64,000 nucleotides of DNA from the NCBI GenBank assembly GCA_003696795.1, contig RFFT01000036.1, positions 5,128 through 69,127 on the forward strand, in the 5' to 3' direction. The notes beneath the pieces were generated by a model. It did no database searches. It saw only the letters and a list, made by a program, of their open reading frames with translations, and was not told where the DNA came from. Made by a program: the position numbers and the translations under genes. Source of the stretch: Zetaproteobacteria bacterium. Its GTDB lineage: Bacteria; Pseudomonadota; Zetaproteobacteria; Mariprofundales; Mariprofundaceae. Position 1 is the stretch's first letter. The number at the start of each line of letters is the position of its first letter. Below, in pieces: positions 28,649 through 38,286 of this stretch.

Positions 28649-28723
28649 CGCGTGGCCGCGAACATCACGCCACGCGCTTCAGGTTTCATCGGTCACATCG
28701 GCAACGCGGACACGCGGCGACAC

Positions 28724-28978
28724 TTACTGCCCGTCCTCCGGCGCCTCCGCCGCTTCCTCCTGCTGGCGCGCACGTGCTTCCAGCTCAAACAATGTCTCCC
28801 AGGTGATATGCCCGGCCCCGATCTCGCGCAGGGCGTGCACCGTCACCTTGTCGCCCTGATCGTCGCCGAGCCGGGGCATCCCCTTGAGCAATTGACGCGC
28901 ACGGCGCGACGCCAACAGCACCATCTCAAAGCGATTGGGATAATGACGAATGCAATCTTCCACCGTTACGCGAGCCAT
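28724..28978 (-). CDS. rpoZ: DNA-directed RNA polymerase subunit omega
   Basis: MARVTVEDCIRHYPNRFEMVLLASRRARQL. It is the internal start of ORF 28724..29143. Confidence 0.9.
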   Translation of the reverse strand: MARVTVEDCIRHYPNRFEMVLLASRRARQLLKGMPRLGDDQGDKVTVHALREIGAGHITWETLFELEARARQQEEAAEAPEDGQ

Positions 28979-29012
28979 CTGGCACCACCTCCATCTTGCG
29001 AATGCGCCAAAC

Positions 29013-31379
29013 CTAGGAAGCGTCCGGGCAAAAGGCAACCCGTACCAACGCGCTGAACGCATCCGGCGAGAACGGCTTCTGGATGAAGCCGGCCAGCCTC
29101 TTGCCCTTGAAATGCGCGGTCGCTTCCTCCTCGCTGTAGCCACTGGTCAGAATCACGCGCACATCCGGATCGATGCGGCACAGCTCGCGATAGCAGGTCT
29201 TGCCATCCATGCGTGGCATGGTCATATCCAGCACCACCCCGGTGATATCGCGATGATGCGCGCGGAACAGTTCGACGGCACGCTCCCCATCCTCCGCCTG
29301 CAGCACATCAAACCCCATCTCGGACAGGATCAAGCAGGCCAATTCGCGAATCGCCTGCTCATCGTCGACAACCAGCACCAGCCCGCTCAAGCCGCCAGGC
29401 AGCGGCGCCTCCGGCTCGGCGGAAGTGATGGCCGGACACTCGCCTTCGGCAAGCGCGGGAAACAGGACGCGAATCGTCGTGCCGTCCCCCGGCTCGCTAT
29501 ACACGCGGATCGCGCCATGATGCCCGCGCACGATCCCCAACATCGCACTCATTCCCAGCCCACGGCCAGTAAACTTGGTCGTGAAGAATGGATCGAACAT
29601 CTGACGCTGGGTATCCTTGTCCATGCCACAACCGGTATCCGACACCTCGAGATAGACATAGCGGCCCGGCTTCGCCTGCTCATCCGCAATCGAGTCCGCA
29701 AGATAGGCCCGATCAACCTCCATCACCCCGGTGGCCAGCGCAATCACGCCCGGCTGCTCGCCGATCGCCTCGTTGGCATTGGTAATCAGGTTCATGATTA
29801 CCTGTTGCAATTGCGCCTGATCCCCCTCGATGGCCGGCAGCGCGACGGACAGGCGATAACGAAGGCTGATCTGCTTGCCGATCGACACATCCAGCAGCAT
29901 GGCCATCTCGCGCACCAACCGCGACAAGTCCAGCCGCTTGAGCACGAACGCCCCCTTGCCCGAATAGGCCAGCATTTGCTGGCACAAGTCCGCCGCGCGC
30001 TTCGCGCTCTGCTCAATACGCGCCAGTTTTTCATGCGCCGGCGACTCCGGCGGCAGCGCCCGTCGGGCCAGCGACGCATTGCCCATCACCGCGGTCAGGA
30101 TGTTGTTGAAGTCGTGCGCAATGCCGCCGGCCAAAACACCCAGGCTCTCCAGCCGTTGCGCGTGCTCCAGGCGCGCCGCGCGTTCGCGCGCCTCGGTGAC
30201 ATCGTGAAACACAAGCACCCGCCGTTTGCCATCCTCGCCTGCCGGCGCAATACTGTATTCTACGCATAAACCATCGCCCGACTTGGTCACCAGCGCGGCC
30301 TCGCCGCGGTGTGTATCGCGGTCGGCCAGCGCCTGACTCATATCGCCGCAACATGCCTGATCCCGCGCGCCGGACAGGCAGTCCACCGACCTGCCGATCA
30401 GCTCGTCTGCGCGGTAGCCGGTCAGCGCCTCGGCGGCGGCGTTGAGATAACGGATGGTCAGCGATTCATCCAAAATCAGCACCGCCTCGGCGGCATGTTT
30501 CAAGGCCATGGCCAGCACCGCGTTCTCATCGCGTACGTCCCTCAATGCCGCCATCTCCTCTTGCAGTCGCGCATGCGCCGCATCACGCGCACGCAGGGAA
30601 AGATGCAGATGCCGCAGCAACCAAGCCATGTATGCGACGAGCAGCAGCACCAGCGCGATCAACCCCAGGCGATTGCGCCGCACATCCTCCATATAGCGCG
30701 CATGAAACGCCTCGAACGCCTTACCCACCAACGCAACGTTTTCCGGCGTGCCACAATGCACCGCGGTATCCATCTCGCGCCGCAAATGCGTCAAGCGGTC
30801 GAGCATCACATGCACATGCCGCCCCAGAACCGCCAGGGCCGGATCCCGCTCCAGCCGAGCGCGCGCACGCTCGATTCGGGCCTTCAGGAATCGGTTGTCC
30901 GGCTCCAGCAGCAACTGATAGGCATCGCGATTCAGCCGCAGCAATGCCTGCGCATGCACACCATCCCTCGCCACGGCCTGTTCCACCAGCGTGGCCAGAT
31001 AGCGCTGGGAATTCATCATGATCCCCAGGTCGCGTTTGAAGTGATCGATCGCGTCCAGTTGCGTACCGACCGACGCACGCAACGCCCGCAGCGCATCCGC
31101 CAGTTGCAACCCGGCCAGCAGTTGCTCCAGCGAACGCTCGGTCTCGGCCAGCGCGGCGGCATCGCGGGTCCGGTCATCGAAGTGCGCCAGGCGCCGGTTG
31201 AACAGCAACAACATCCCCTCTTCGCTTTGCGTGTCCAGCCGCAGCACCCGCTCAAGCAATGCATGCACCCGCGCATAGCGCGCGGCATCGAAGCTGCTCA
31301 AATGGCGATACTGCATCAGCGCAACCACGGCGAGCATGAGCAGCAGCGCCCAGTGCGCGCGCATGCCGAACCGCTTCAC
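29013..31379 (-). CDS. hybrid sensor histidine kinase/response regulator with a periplasmic all-helical sensor domain, PAS, HisKA, HATPase and REC
   Basis: TM1 AHWALLLMLAVVALM, a periplasmic helical region of about 200 aa, then TM2 LGLIALVLLLVAYMAWLL. PAS, H-box GGIAHDFNNIL, G-boxes DTGCGMD and GRGLGMS. REC: LVVDDE...VLDMTMPRMDG...IQKPF. Confidence 0.88.
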   Translation of the reverse strand: MKRFGMRAHWALLLMLAVVALMQYRHLSSFDAARYARVHALLERVLRLDTQSEEGMLLLFNRRLAHFDDRTRDAAALAETERSLEQLLAGLQLADALRALRASVGTQLDAIDHFKRDLGIMMNSQRYLATLVEQAVARDGVHAQALLRLNRDAYQLLLEPDNRFLKARIERARARLERDPALAVLGRHVHVMLDRLTHLRREMDTAVHCGTPENVALVGKAFEAFHARYMEDVRRNRLGLIALVLLLVAYMAWLLRHLHLSLRARDAAHARLQEEMAALRDVRDENAVLAMALKHAAEAVLILDESLTIRYLNAAAEALTGYRADELIGRSVDCLSGARDQACCGDMSQALADRDTHRGEAALVTKSGDGLCVEYSIAPAGEDGKRRVLVFHDVTEARERAARLEHAQRLESLGVLAGGIAHDFNNILTAVMGNASLARRALPPESPAHEKLARIEQSAKRAADLCQQMLAYSGKGAFVLKRLDLSRLVREMAMLLDVSIGKQISLRYRLSVALPAIEGDQAQLQQVIMNLITNANEAIGEQPGVIALATGVMEVDRAYLADSIADEQAKPGRYVYLEVSDTGCGMDKDTQRQMFDPFFTTKFTGRGLGMSAMLGIVRGHHGAIRVYSEPGDGTTIRVLFPALAEGECPAITSAEPEAPLPGGLSGLVLVVDDEQAIRELACLILSEMGFDVLQAEDGERAVELFRAHHRDITGVVLDMTMPRMDGKTCYRELCRIDPDVRVILTSGYSEEEATAHFKGKRLAGFIQKPFSPDAFSALVRVAFCPDAS

Positions 31380-32388
31380 CGTTCACGCCTCCCGAAGTTT
31401 TCCGGCGCAAGCCAAATGCGCTCTTTAGGCTCCAGCGACCTACCTTGATACTCGCCGACCAGCGAATACAGGAAGGCGATGATGGCGCGAAGATCGCGCT
31501 CCGGAATCTCGCGTCCAAGCTGATAGCGCGCCATGGTGCGAATCGCGCCGGCCAATGTGCGCTGGCTGCCGTCATGAAAATAGGGCGCGGTCAAAACCGC
31601 CAAGCGCAAGGATGGAACCTTGAACACATGCATATCCTCCGCCTTGCCGGTCACATTGAAACGCCCGCGATCGATCGCGCGATCGCTGGGATGGTCGGCG
31701 AAATAGTCGCCCATCACGCCGAGCACCTGAAACAGATTGCCGCCCACATTGCGTCCCTGATGACACGCCACGCAACCATAGGACTTGAACAGCGCATAGC
31801 CCCGCTTTGCCTCCGCGCTGATCGCGTTCGTATCGCCAAGCAGATAGCGATCGAAGCGCGCGCCGGTCGTAATCAGCGTGCGCTCGAACTCGGCGATCGC
31901 CCGTTTGATGCGTGCTGCGGTGATCCCGCCGCCGAACACGCGCCTAAATGCCCGCCGATATTCGGCATCGGCGCGAAGGCGCGCCACCACCGCAGGCCAG
32001 CGGTTGGCCATCTCGGCATGCCCGGTGACCGGTCCGTCGATCTGCGCCTCCAGGCTCGCCGCGCGCCCATCCCAAAACTGGGCCAGGTTCAGCGCCGCAT
32101 TGAACACGGTCGGGCTGTTGGCCTCGCCCTCTCGCCCGTTGACACCGAACGAATGCGCAAGCCCATCCGCGCCGCCCATATCCTTGATGTCATGACAATG
32201 CGCGCAGGAAATCGAATTGTCGACGGACAGACGCGTATCGAAGAACAGCTTGCGCCCCAGCGCGGCGCGCGCCTTGTCCACCGGCAACGCTTCCAGCGGC
32301 TGGATGGGTTCCACATTGAGATCGACCGCACCCGCATGCGCAATGGACAGCCAGCCAACCGCCAGCGCGATCCATACCCGGCTAAGCA

Positions 32389-32392
<4 letters not shown>
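31376..32392 (-). CDS. di-haem cytochrome c peroxidase (CCP/MauG family)
   Basis: Signal peptide plus two CxxCH motifs (CAHCH, CVACH). Both its start and its stop overlap neighbours by ATGA. Confidence 0.88.
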
Positions 32393-33203
<811 letters not shown>

Positions 33204-33216
33204 CTAGCAGCAGCGC

Positions 33217-34902
33217 CTAACCCCCGCCAGCGTGCAACGAAAGCCCGCTCAACAATCCGATCAAGGCGGCATTGTAATCAATGGCCGGTTCGTTCGTCGC
33301 ATAGGAGCGCGCATCATCCGCATAGCTGTACACCCCGCGTCCTCGCGGCGCCACGCCGTCCTGCGCACCTTGGTTCGGACCGCCGACCAAAAAGCCCGGC
33401 GCATGCTCCGCCCAGCGCATATGCGGATGACGCACACTGACCTCGCCGACCCCGGTCACAAAAGAACGACCAAACGGATTGCGTCCAAGCAAAAAGTCCG
33501 CCTGCCATTGCGCAGCAGTGAGATAGTCGCGATTCCCGCTCAACCGGTAGGCCGCAAGCAAGGTGTTGCCATGTTCAGCGGCGACCTTGTTCGATCCCCA
33601 AATAAAACGGGTATCGGCCAGCCCGTAGGGATTGTCCCTGCTGCGTTGCAACAAGGACGACGCGCGCGCCAACAGCAGTCGACGCAATCTGGCCGCAAGC
33701 GCATGGTCCACATCGGAGAGCATCAAATAATGCACAACCCCAAGCGGCGCCGGATTCTTCCAACCAAAATAGGTGTAGCGAACCGCTGGCGCATAACGCC
33801 GGATCGCGCGCGCAAAACGCGCCTCACCAGTAAGACGGAACAGCTCAACCGCGGCCCAGAAACGATCGTCCTGATCGGTACGCAGGGTTTCCTCGTTGTC
33901 GATCGCGGAATACAGGTACTTGCCCGATCCACTGTCGTCACCCTCGTGCCACGCCACTTCCTGCTTCTTGATTCCCAGCAGCGAATCCCAGGCGGCCAAC
34001 GCCGCATGCCGATAGCGTGCGGCGCGCGCATGATCGAAAGGCAAGTATATACGCGCCGCCATAGCCATCGCAGCGGCAAACTTCGCCGTATCCGAACTGG
34101 CCGGTGCGAACAGGAAGCGTGGCTGCCGATCTCCCACCGGCGATCCGTGCGGCGGCCAGCGCTTCCCCGAAAGTTTGCGATAGACCGCCCCGTCCGGTCG
34201 CTGCATGCGCAGCATCCAATCCAGCTCCACCGCGATCTCGTCCAGCATGTCCGGCAGCCCGTTGCCGCTCTCTGGAATATGCAGCCAACCATCACCGCGC
34301 AAGCGCGCGTCTTGCTCAAAAGCATCGAGCAGACGCGCGACCGTGACCGAAGCGGTGGCGATATATTTCCCGAAATCGCCCGCATCATGCCATCCACCAT
34401 GGGCATCGACCCGAGTCCCGGCGGCATGCCAGCGGTCCGCATGCGCAATCCGGCCATCCCGCTGGTGGCAAGCCGCATGTCCAAGGCCGGTTTCGCGATC
34501 GGCCACGGCTTGTCCACAGCGCTGCAAATAATAGCTGCGCAACAGCAGGCGCAGCAGCGGACGATAGACATCATGCGCCACATGAAGCACAGGCGAACGC
34601 ATGCCGGCACCCTCGATGCGATAGCGCCCGGATTTAAGCGCGGAAACATCGAGCCGCCACACGGGCTGGTCGGCCCATGGATCACGCGCCGCGGCATGCG
34701 CCTCAAGCCGCATAAGCGGCTTTCCGCTGGACAGATCCAGCACGCGCAGCGCCCCGTCCGGCTTGGGCGCATGCACGATCAGCACCTCCTTCACCGCCTC
34801 CGGCGTATATCCCTGCTGGTTGAGCACAATCACCCCGGCGTTCGCCGAAACCGGCAACAGACCGACAAACGCGAGCCCGGCAAGCCTCCGCATCCTAGGC
34901 AA
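33217..34902 (-). CDS. secreted glycoside hydrolase family 9 (endoglucanase-type) with an N-terminal Ig-like domain
   Basis: Signal peptide MPRMRRLAGLAFVGLLPVSANA. GH9 signature HGGWHDAGDFGKY. FWAAVELF and GGPN near the C-terminus. Confidence 0.8.
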   Translation of the reverse strand: MPRMRRLAGLAFVGLLPVSANAGVIVLNQQGYTPEAVKEVLIVHAPKPDGALRVLDLSSGKPLMRLEAHAAARDPWADQPVWRLDVSALKSGRYRIEGAGMRSPVLHVAHDVYRPLLRLLLRSYYLQRCGQAVADRETGLGHAACHQRDGRIAHADRWHAAGTRVDAHGGWHDAGDFGKYIATASVTVARLLDAFEQDARLRGDGWLHIPESGNGLPDMLDEIAVELDWMLRMQRPDGAVYRKLSGKRWPPHGSPVGDRQPRFLFAPASSDTAKFAAAMAMAARIYLPFDHARAARYRHAALAAWDSLLGIKKQEVAWHEGDDSGSGKYLYSAIDNEETLRTDQDDRFWAAVELFRLTGEARFARAIRRYAPAVRYTYFGWKNPAPLGVVHYLMLSDVDHALAARLRRLLLARASSLLQRSRDNPYGLADTRFIWGSNKVAAEHGNTLLAAYRLSGNRDYLTAAQWQADFLLGRNPFGRSFVTGVGEVSVRHPHMRWAEHAPGFLVGGPNQGAQDGVAPRGRGVYSYADDARSYATNEPAIDYNAALIGLLSGLSLHAGGG

Positions 34903-37486
34903 GCAACGGTGGCGCCTGGCGCGCGCGCAACATTTCGGTGATCTTGGCAGCCGAGGCCGGACGCCCGAAATAGTATCCCTGTGCCTCGTCGCAGCCGAAT
35001 TCGCGCAGGAACTTCAACTGCGCCGCGTTTTCCACACCTTCGGCCAGCACGCGCAAATTCAACGTCTTGGCCATGGCCATGATCGTGATCGCGATCGCCG
35101 CATCCAGGTCATCGCTGGGCAAGCCACGCACAAAGGAGCGATCGATCTTCAGGGTGTCGATATCGAAGCGCTTGAGATAGGCAAGCGACGAATAGCCGGT
35201 GCCAAAATCATCCAATGCCAGGCTGGCGCCGAGCGCCTTCATGCGCTTGAGCACCGCCATGCAATCGTCCGGGTCCTCCATCAACGCGCTTTCGGTCAAT
35301 TCCAACTCGAGCATGCCCGGCTCCAGTGCATGACGACGCAACACCTCGCCAAGATAATGGGGCAGCCCCTGATCATGCAATTGCACGGCGGACAGGTTGA
35401 CCGCCATGCGCACGTTCATCCCCTGCCGACGCCATGCGGCCTGTTGCCGGCAGGCTTCCTCCAGCACCCAGGCGCCAAGCGGCACGATCAGCCCCGACGC
35501 CTCGGCCACCTCAATGAATTCGCCCGGATTCATCAGCCCCTGTTCCGGGTGATGCCAGCGCACCAGCGCCTCGACCCCAACGATATGGCCATTGGCCAGT
35601 TCCACCTGCGGCTGGTAATACAGTTCGAGCTGCCGCTGCTCCAGCGCCCGCGCCAACGCCTGCCGGATGCGCTGGCGACGCCGCACTCGCTGGCGCATCT
35701 CCTCGGCAAAGAACGCGTAACGCCGCGGCGCCTTCTGCGCCCCCTCAAGCGCAATCGAAGCCTGCCTGAGCAGCACCTCGGGCTCGGCGGCATCCTCGGG
35801 AAAGCGGCTGATCCCGATCCGCACATGCAACTGCATATTGCTTCCCTGCCAGGCCACGGCCTGCTGCATGGCACGCTGAATCTCCTCGATCATGCGCTCG
35901 ACAGCCGCCAGCTGGCGCACCCCGCGCAACAGAAGCGCGAACTCGTCGCCGCCCAGGCGGGCCACGCAATGGCGCGCCCCGAGTGTGGCACGCAACTGCC
36001 CCGCCACCAGTTGCAGAACCGCATCGCCGACCGTATGCCCGAACATCTCGTTGACCAGCTTGAACTCGTCGATATCGCACAGCACAACGGCAAGCCCCTC
36101 CCCCGCCGCCTTCGCCTCCTCGATCGCCGTGCTCAACTCGTCGAGAAACAGGGTGCGGTTGGGCAGGTTGGTCAAGGCGTCATAGTGCGCCAAGCGCTGG
36201 GTCTGCAGTTCGGCCAGCTTGCGGTCCGTTATATCCGCGAACGAGATCACCTGATGCCGCAGCCGTCCCGCCCCATCGCGCACCCACACAATGCTCCGCC
36301 ATTCGGGAAACGTTTCGCCGCTCTTGCGCCGGCTCCACAACTCGCCCTGCCAAACCCCGTCGCGGCTCAATGCCTCTTTTTGGGCGCGAAAAAAAGCCTC
36401 GTTCTGCCGCCCGGAATCGAGGATATCCAGCATCGCCCCTTCCGCCTCCCGCGCCGGATAGCCGGTAATGGTCGTGAACGCGCGATTGACACGCAAAATC
36501 CGCCCCGACGCATCGACGATCATGATCGCCAGGGGGCTTTCGCGAAACACCGACGCGGCCAACTGCAGATCCGCCATCGCTTGCCGATATTGCTCGGCAA
36601 GCAATACATGCGCGACCTGGTCGGCAAGTTCTCCCGCGAACGCGATTTCGTCCGCCTGCCATTCGCCCGCGCCATCCCGCGCAAAGATCGCAAGCCCCAT
36701 AAGCTCGCCCATCACGCGCACACCCGCGGCCAGCCATGATCCCGCCCGCGCGGGAACCAACGCGCTGACAACATCGCGTTCCGCCTCGTCCACCGCCAAC
36801 ACGCCCTGCATCTCGACCGAGTCCAGGCACGATTGCGCATCGCCCAACGCGACCGCGGGAAGCGCCTCCGCCTCACCCCACGCCTGCACGCAGTGCAGCC
36901 GCCGACGTTCATCATCCATGCGCCATATGCGCACAGCATCGAGCGCCAATGCGCGCGCAGCCGTGTCGCACAGGCAGGCAAGCTTGGCGGACACATCGGG
37001 CGCATCCTTCAAGCCGCGCGCCAGCGCCCGCATCGCCGCGTGCCTGGCCGCCTGTCGCGCCTCCATGGCGCGCGCGCGCTGTTCCATCCGCCAGCGCTCG
37101 GTGATATCCCGCGCGATGCCGAGAATGCCATCGAATCGGCCATCCGCGAACAAGGCCACGCTGTCCACCTCGGCCATGAAACGCTGTCCCTGCGCGCCAA
37201 CGATGCCCAACCGGTAGCGCGTATGCCGTGTCCGGCCCTGCTGTTTATCGGCGAACATCCGCTCGGCCAACGGAACATCCCCGTCCGCCACAAAATGTCG
37301 GAACGCGCGCCCCAACGCCTGCTCGCGGCGATAACCGAGCTTGGCCAGCGCCGCGTCGTTGATCATGCTCAAGCAACCCGTCGCATCGAGACGGAACACG
37401 AAATCGTCGAACATGTTCCAGAACGTGTCATCGTCAACCATCGTGCCGGCGCGACCGGAAAGCCCGCGCTTATCGTCCGCCATCAT
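34895..37486 (-). CDS. PAS-GAF-PAS-GGDEF-EAL signalling protein (diguanylate cyclase/phosphodiesterase)
   Basis: RLGGDEFALL (intact GGDEF), EALVRW, DDFGTGYSSL, and the PAS/GAF region upstream. The start is uncertain (37543, 37486 or 37441). Confidence 0.88.
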   Translation of the reverse strand: MMADDKRGLSGRAGTMVDDDTFWNMFDDFVFRLDATGCLSMINDAALAKLGYRREQALGRAFRHFVADGDVPLAERMFADKQQGRTRHTRYRLGIVGAQGQRFMAEVDSVALFADGRFDGILGIARDITERWRMEQRARAMEARQAARHAAMRALARGLKDAPDVSAKLACLCDTAARALALDAVRIWRMDDERRRLHCVQAWGEAEALPAVALGDAQSCLDSVEMQGVLAVDEAERDVVSALVPARAGSWLAAGVRVMGELMGLAIFARDGAGEWQADEIAFAGELADQVAHVLLAEQYRQAMADLQLAASVFRESPLAIMIVDASGRILRVNRAFTTITGYPAREAEGAMLDILDSGRQNEAFFRAQKEALSRDGVWQGELWSRRKSGETFPEWRSIVWVRDGAGRLRHQVISFADITDRKLAELQTQRLAHYDALTNLPNRTLFLDELSTAIEEAKAAGEGLAVVLCDIDEFKLVNEMFGHTVGDAVLQLVAGQLRATLGARHCVARLGGDEFALLLRGVRQLAAVERMIEEIQRAMQQAVAWQGSNMQLHVRIGISRFPEDAAEPEVLLRQASIALEGAQKAPRRYAFFAEEMRQRVRRRQRIRQALARALEQRQLELYYQPQVELANGHIVGVEALVRWHHPEQGLMNPGEFIEVAEASGLIVPLGAWVLEEACRQQAAWRRQGMNVRMAVNLSAVQLHDQGLPHYLGEVLRRHALEPGMLELELTESALMEDPDDCMAVLKRMKALGASLALDDFGTGYSSLAYLKRFDIDTLKIDRSFVRGLPSDDLDAAIAITIMAMAKTLNLRVLAEGVENAAQLKFLREFGCDEAQGYYFGRPASAAKITEMLRARQAPPLLA

Positions 37487-37916
37487 CGCCGTCTGTCTCG
37501 GTCTTGCCGTCAAGACGCGCCTGGCCCACCCGACCCAGCACATGCCGCACCCGCTCGATCAGCGTGTCGGCATCAACCGGCTTGACCAGCACGTCGCGCG
37601 CACCACCCTCGATCGCCAAGGTGCGCGAATCGCGATCATCCAGCGCGGTGACCATGATCACCGGAATCGACGCCGTCGCCGCATCTGCCTTAAGCCGCCG
37701 CAACACATCGAACCCGCTGACGCGCGGCATCAGCACATCGAGCAGAATCAGGTCCGGCTGCCACTGCGGCGCGCGGGCCAACGCCGCCTCGCCGCTGTCC
37801 GCCGTTTCCACCTCCACCCCGGGGATGCGCTGCAACAGACCCTCCAGCAGCAGGCGATTCGAGGGATGATCATCCACCACGAGCACCTTCAACCCCTGTT
37901 TCCTTCCCTCATCCAT
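37470..37916 (-). CDS. single-domain response regulator (CheY-like)
   Basis: VLVVDDHP...LILLDVLMPRVSG...VIMVTA...VLVKPV. Its start overlaps the upstream CheY stop by 8 nt. Confidence 0.85.
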   Translation of the reverse strand: MDEGRKQGLKVLVVDDHPSNRLLLEGLLQRIPGVEVETADSGEAALARAPQWQPDLILLDVLMPRVSGFDVLRRLKADAATASIPVIMVTALDDRDSRTLAIEGGARDVLVKPVDADTLIERVRHVLGRVGQARLDGKTETDGDDGGR

Positions 37917-38286
37917 GTCGGCCGGCCTCCAGCATGTCGCGCACCCGCGCGCGCAGTGCATCGATCTCGAACGGTTTGCTGATATAGCCGTCAAACCCCT
38001 CGGCCAACAACTGTTCCTCCTCGCCCAGCATCGCGCATGCCGTCAACGCCACCACCGGAATATCGCGCGTGCGCGCATCCGCCCGAATGCGCGCCAGGGC
38101 CGCCGGCCCGTCCAGCCCGGGCATGCGCACATCCAGCAACACCAGATCCGGTCGCTCGGCAATGGTCAACGCCACCGCCTGTTCTCCATCCGCGGCAGTC
38201 AACACCCGATGCCCGTCCAGTTTCAGTACATCCCGGGCCAGTTCCAGGTTAAGTGCCTCATCGTCGGCAACCACAATGCAACTCAT
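37909..38286 (-). CDS. single-domain response regulator (CheY/DivK-like)
   Basis: IVVADDE...LVLLDVRMPGLDG...VVALTA...GFDGYISKPF. Its start overlaps the kinase stop (ATGA). Confidence 0.88.
   Translation of the reverse strand: MSCIVVADDEALNLELARDVLKLDGHRVLTAADGEQAVALTIAERPDLVLLDVRMPGLDGPAALARIRADARTRDIPVVALTACAMLGEEEQLLAEGFDGYISKPFEIDALRARVRDMLEAGRHG

Noticed and set aside
26540-29056. An 838-aa plus-strand ORF opposite spoT and rpoZ.
   Set aside because: It mirrors the spoT/rpoZ frames, which carry clear HD, RelA/SpoT and omega motifs. The antisense translation has no domain signature and the typical high-GC shadow composition.
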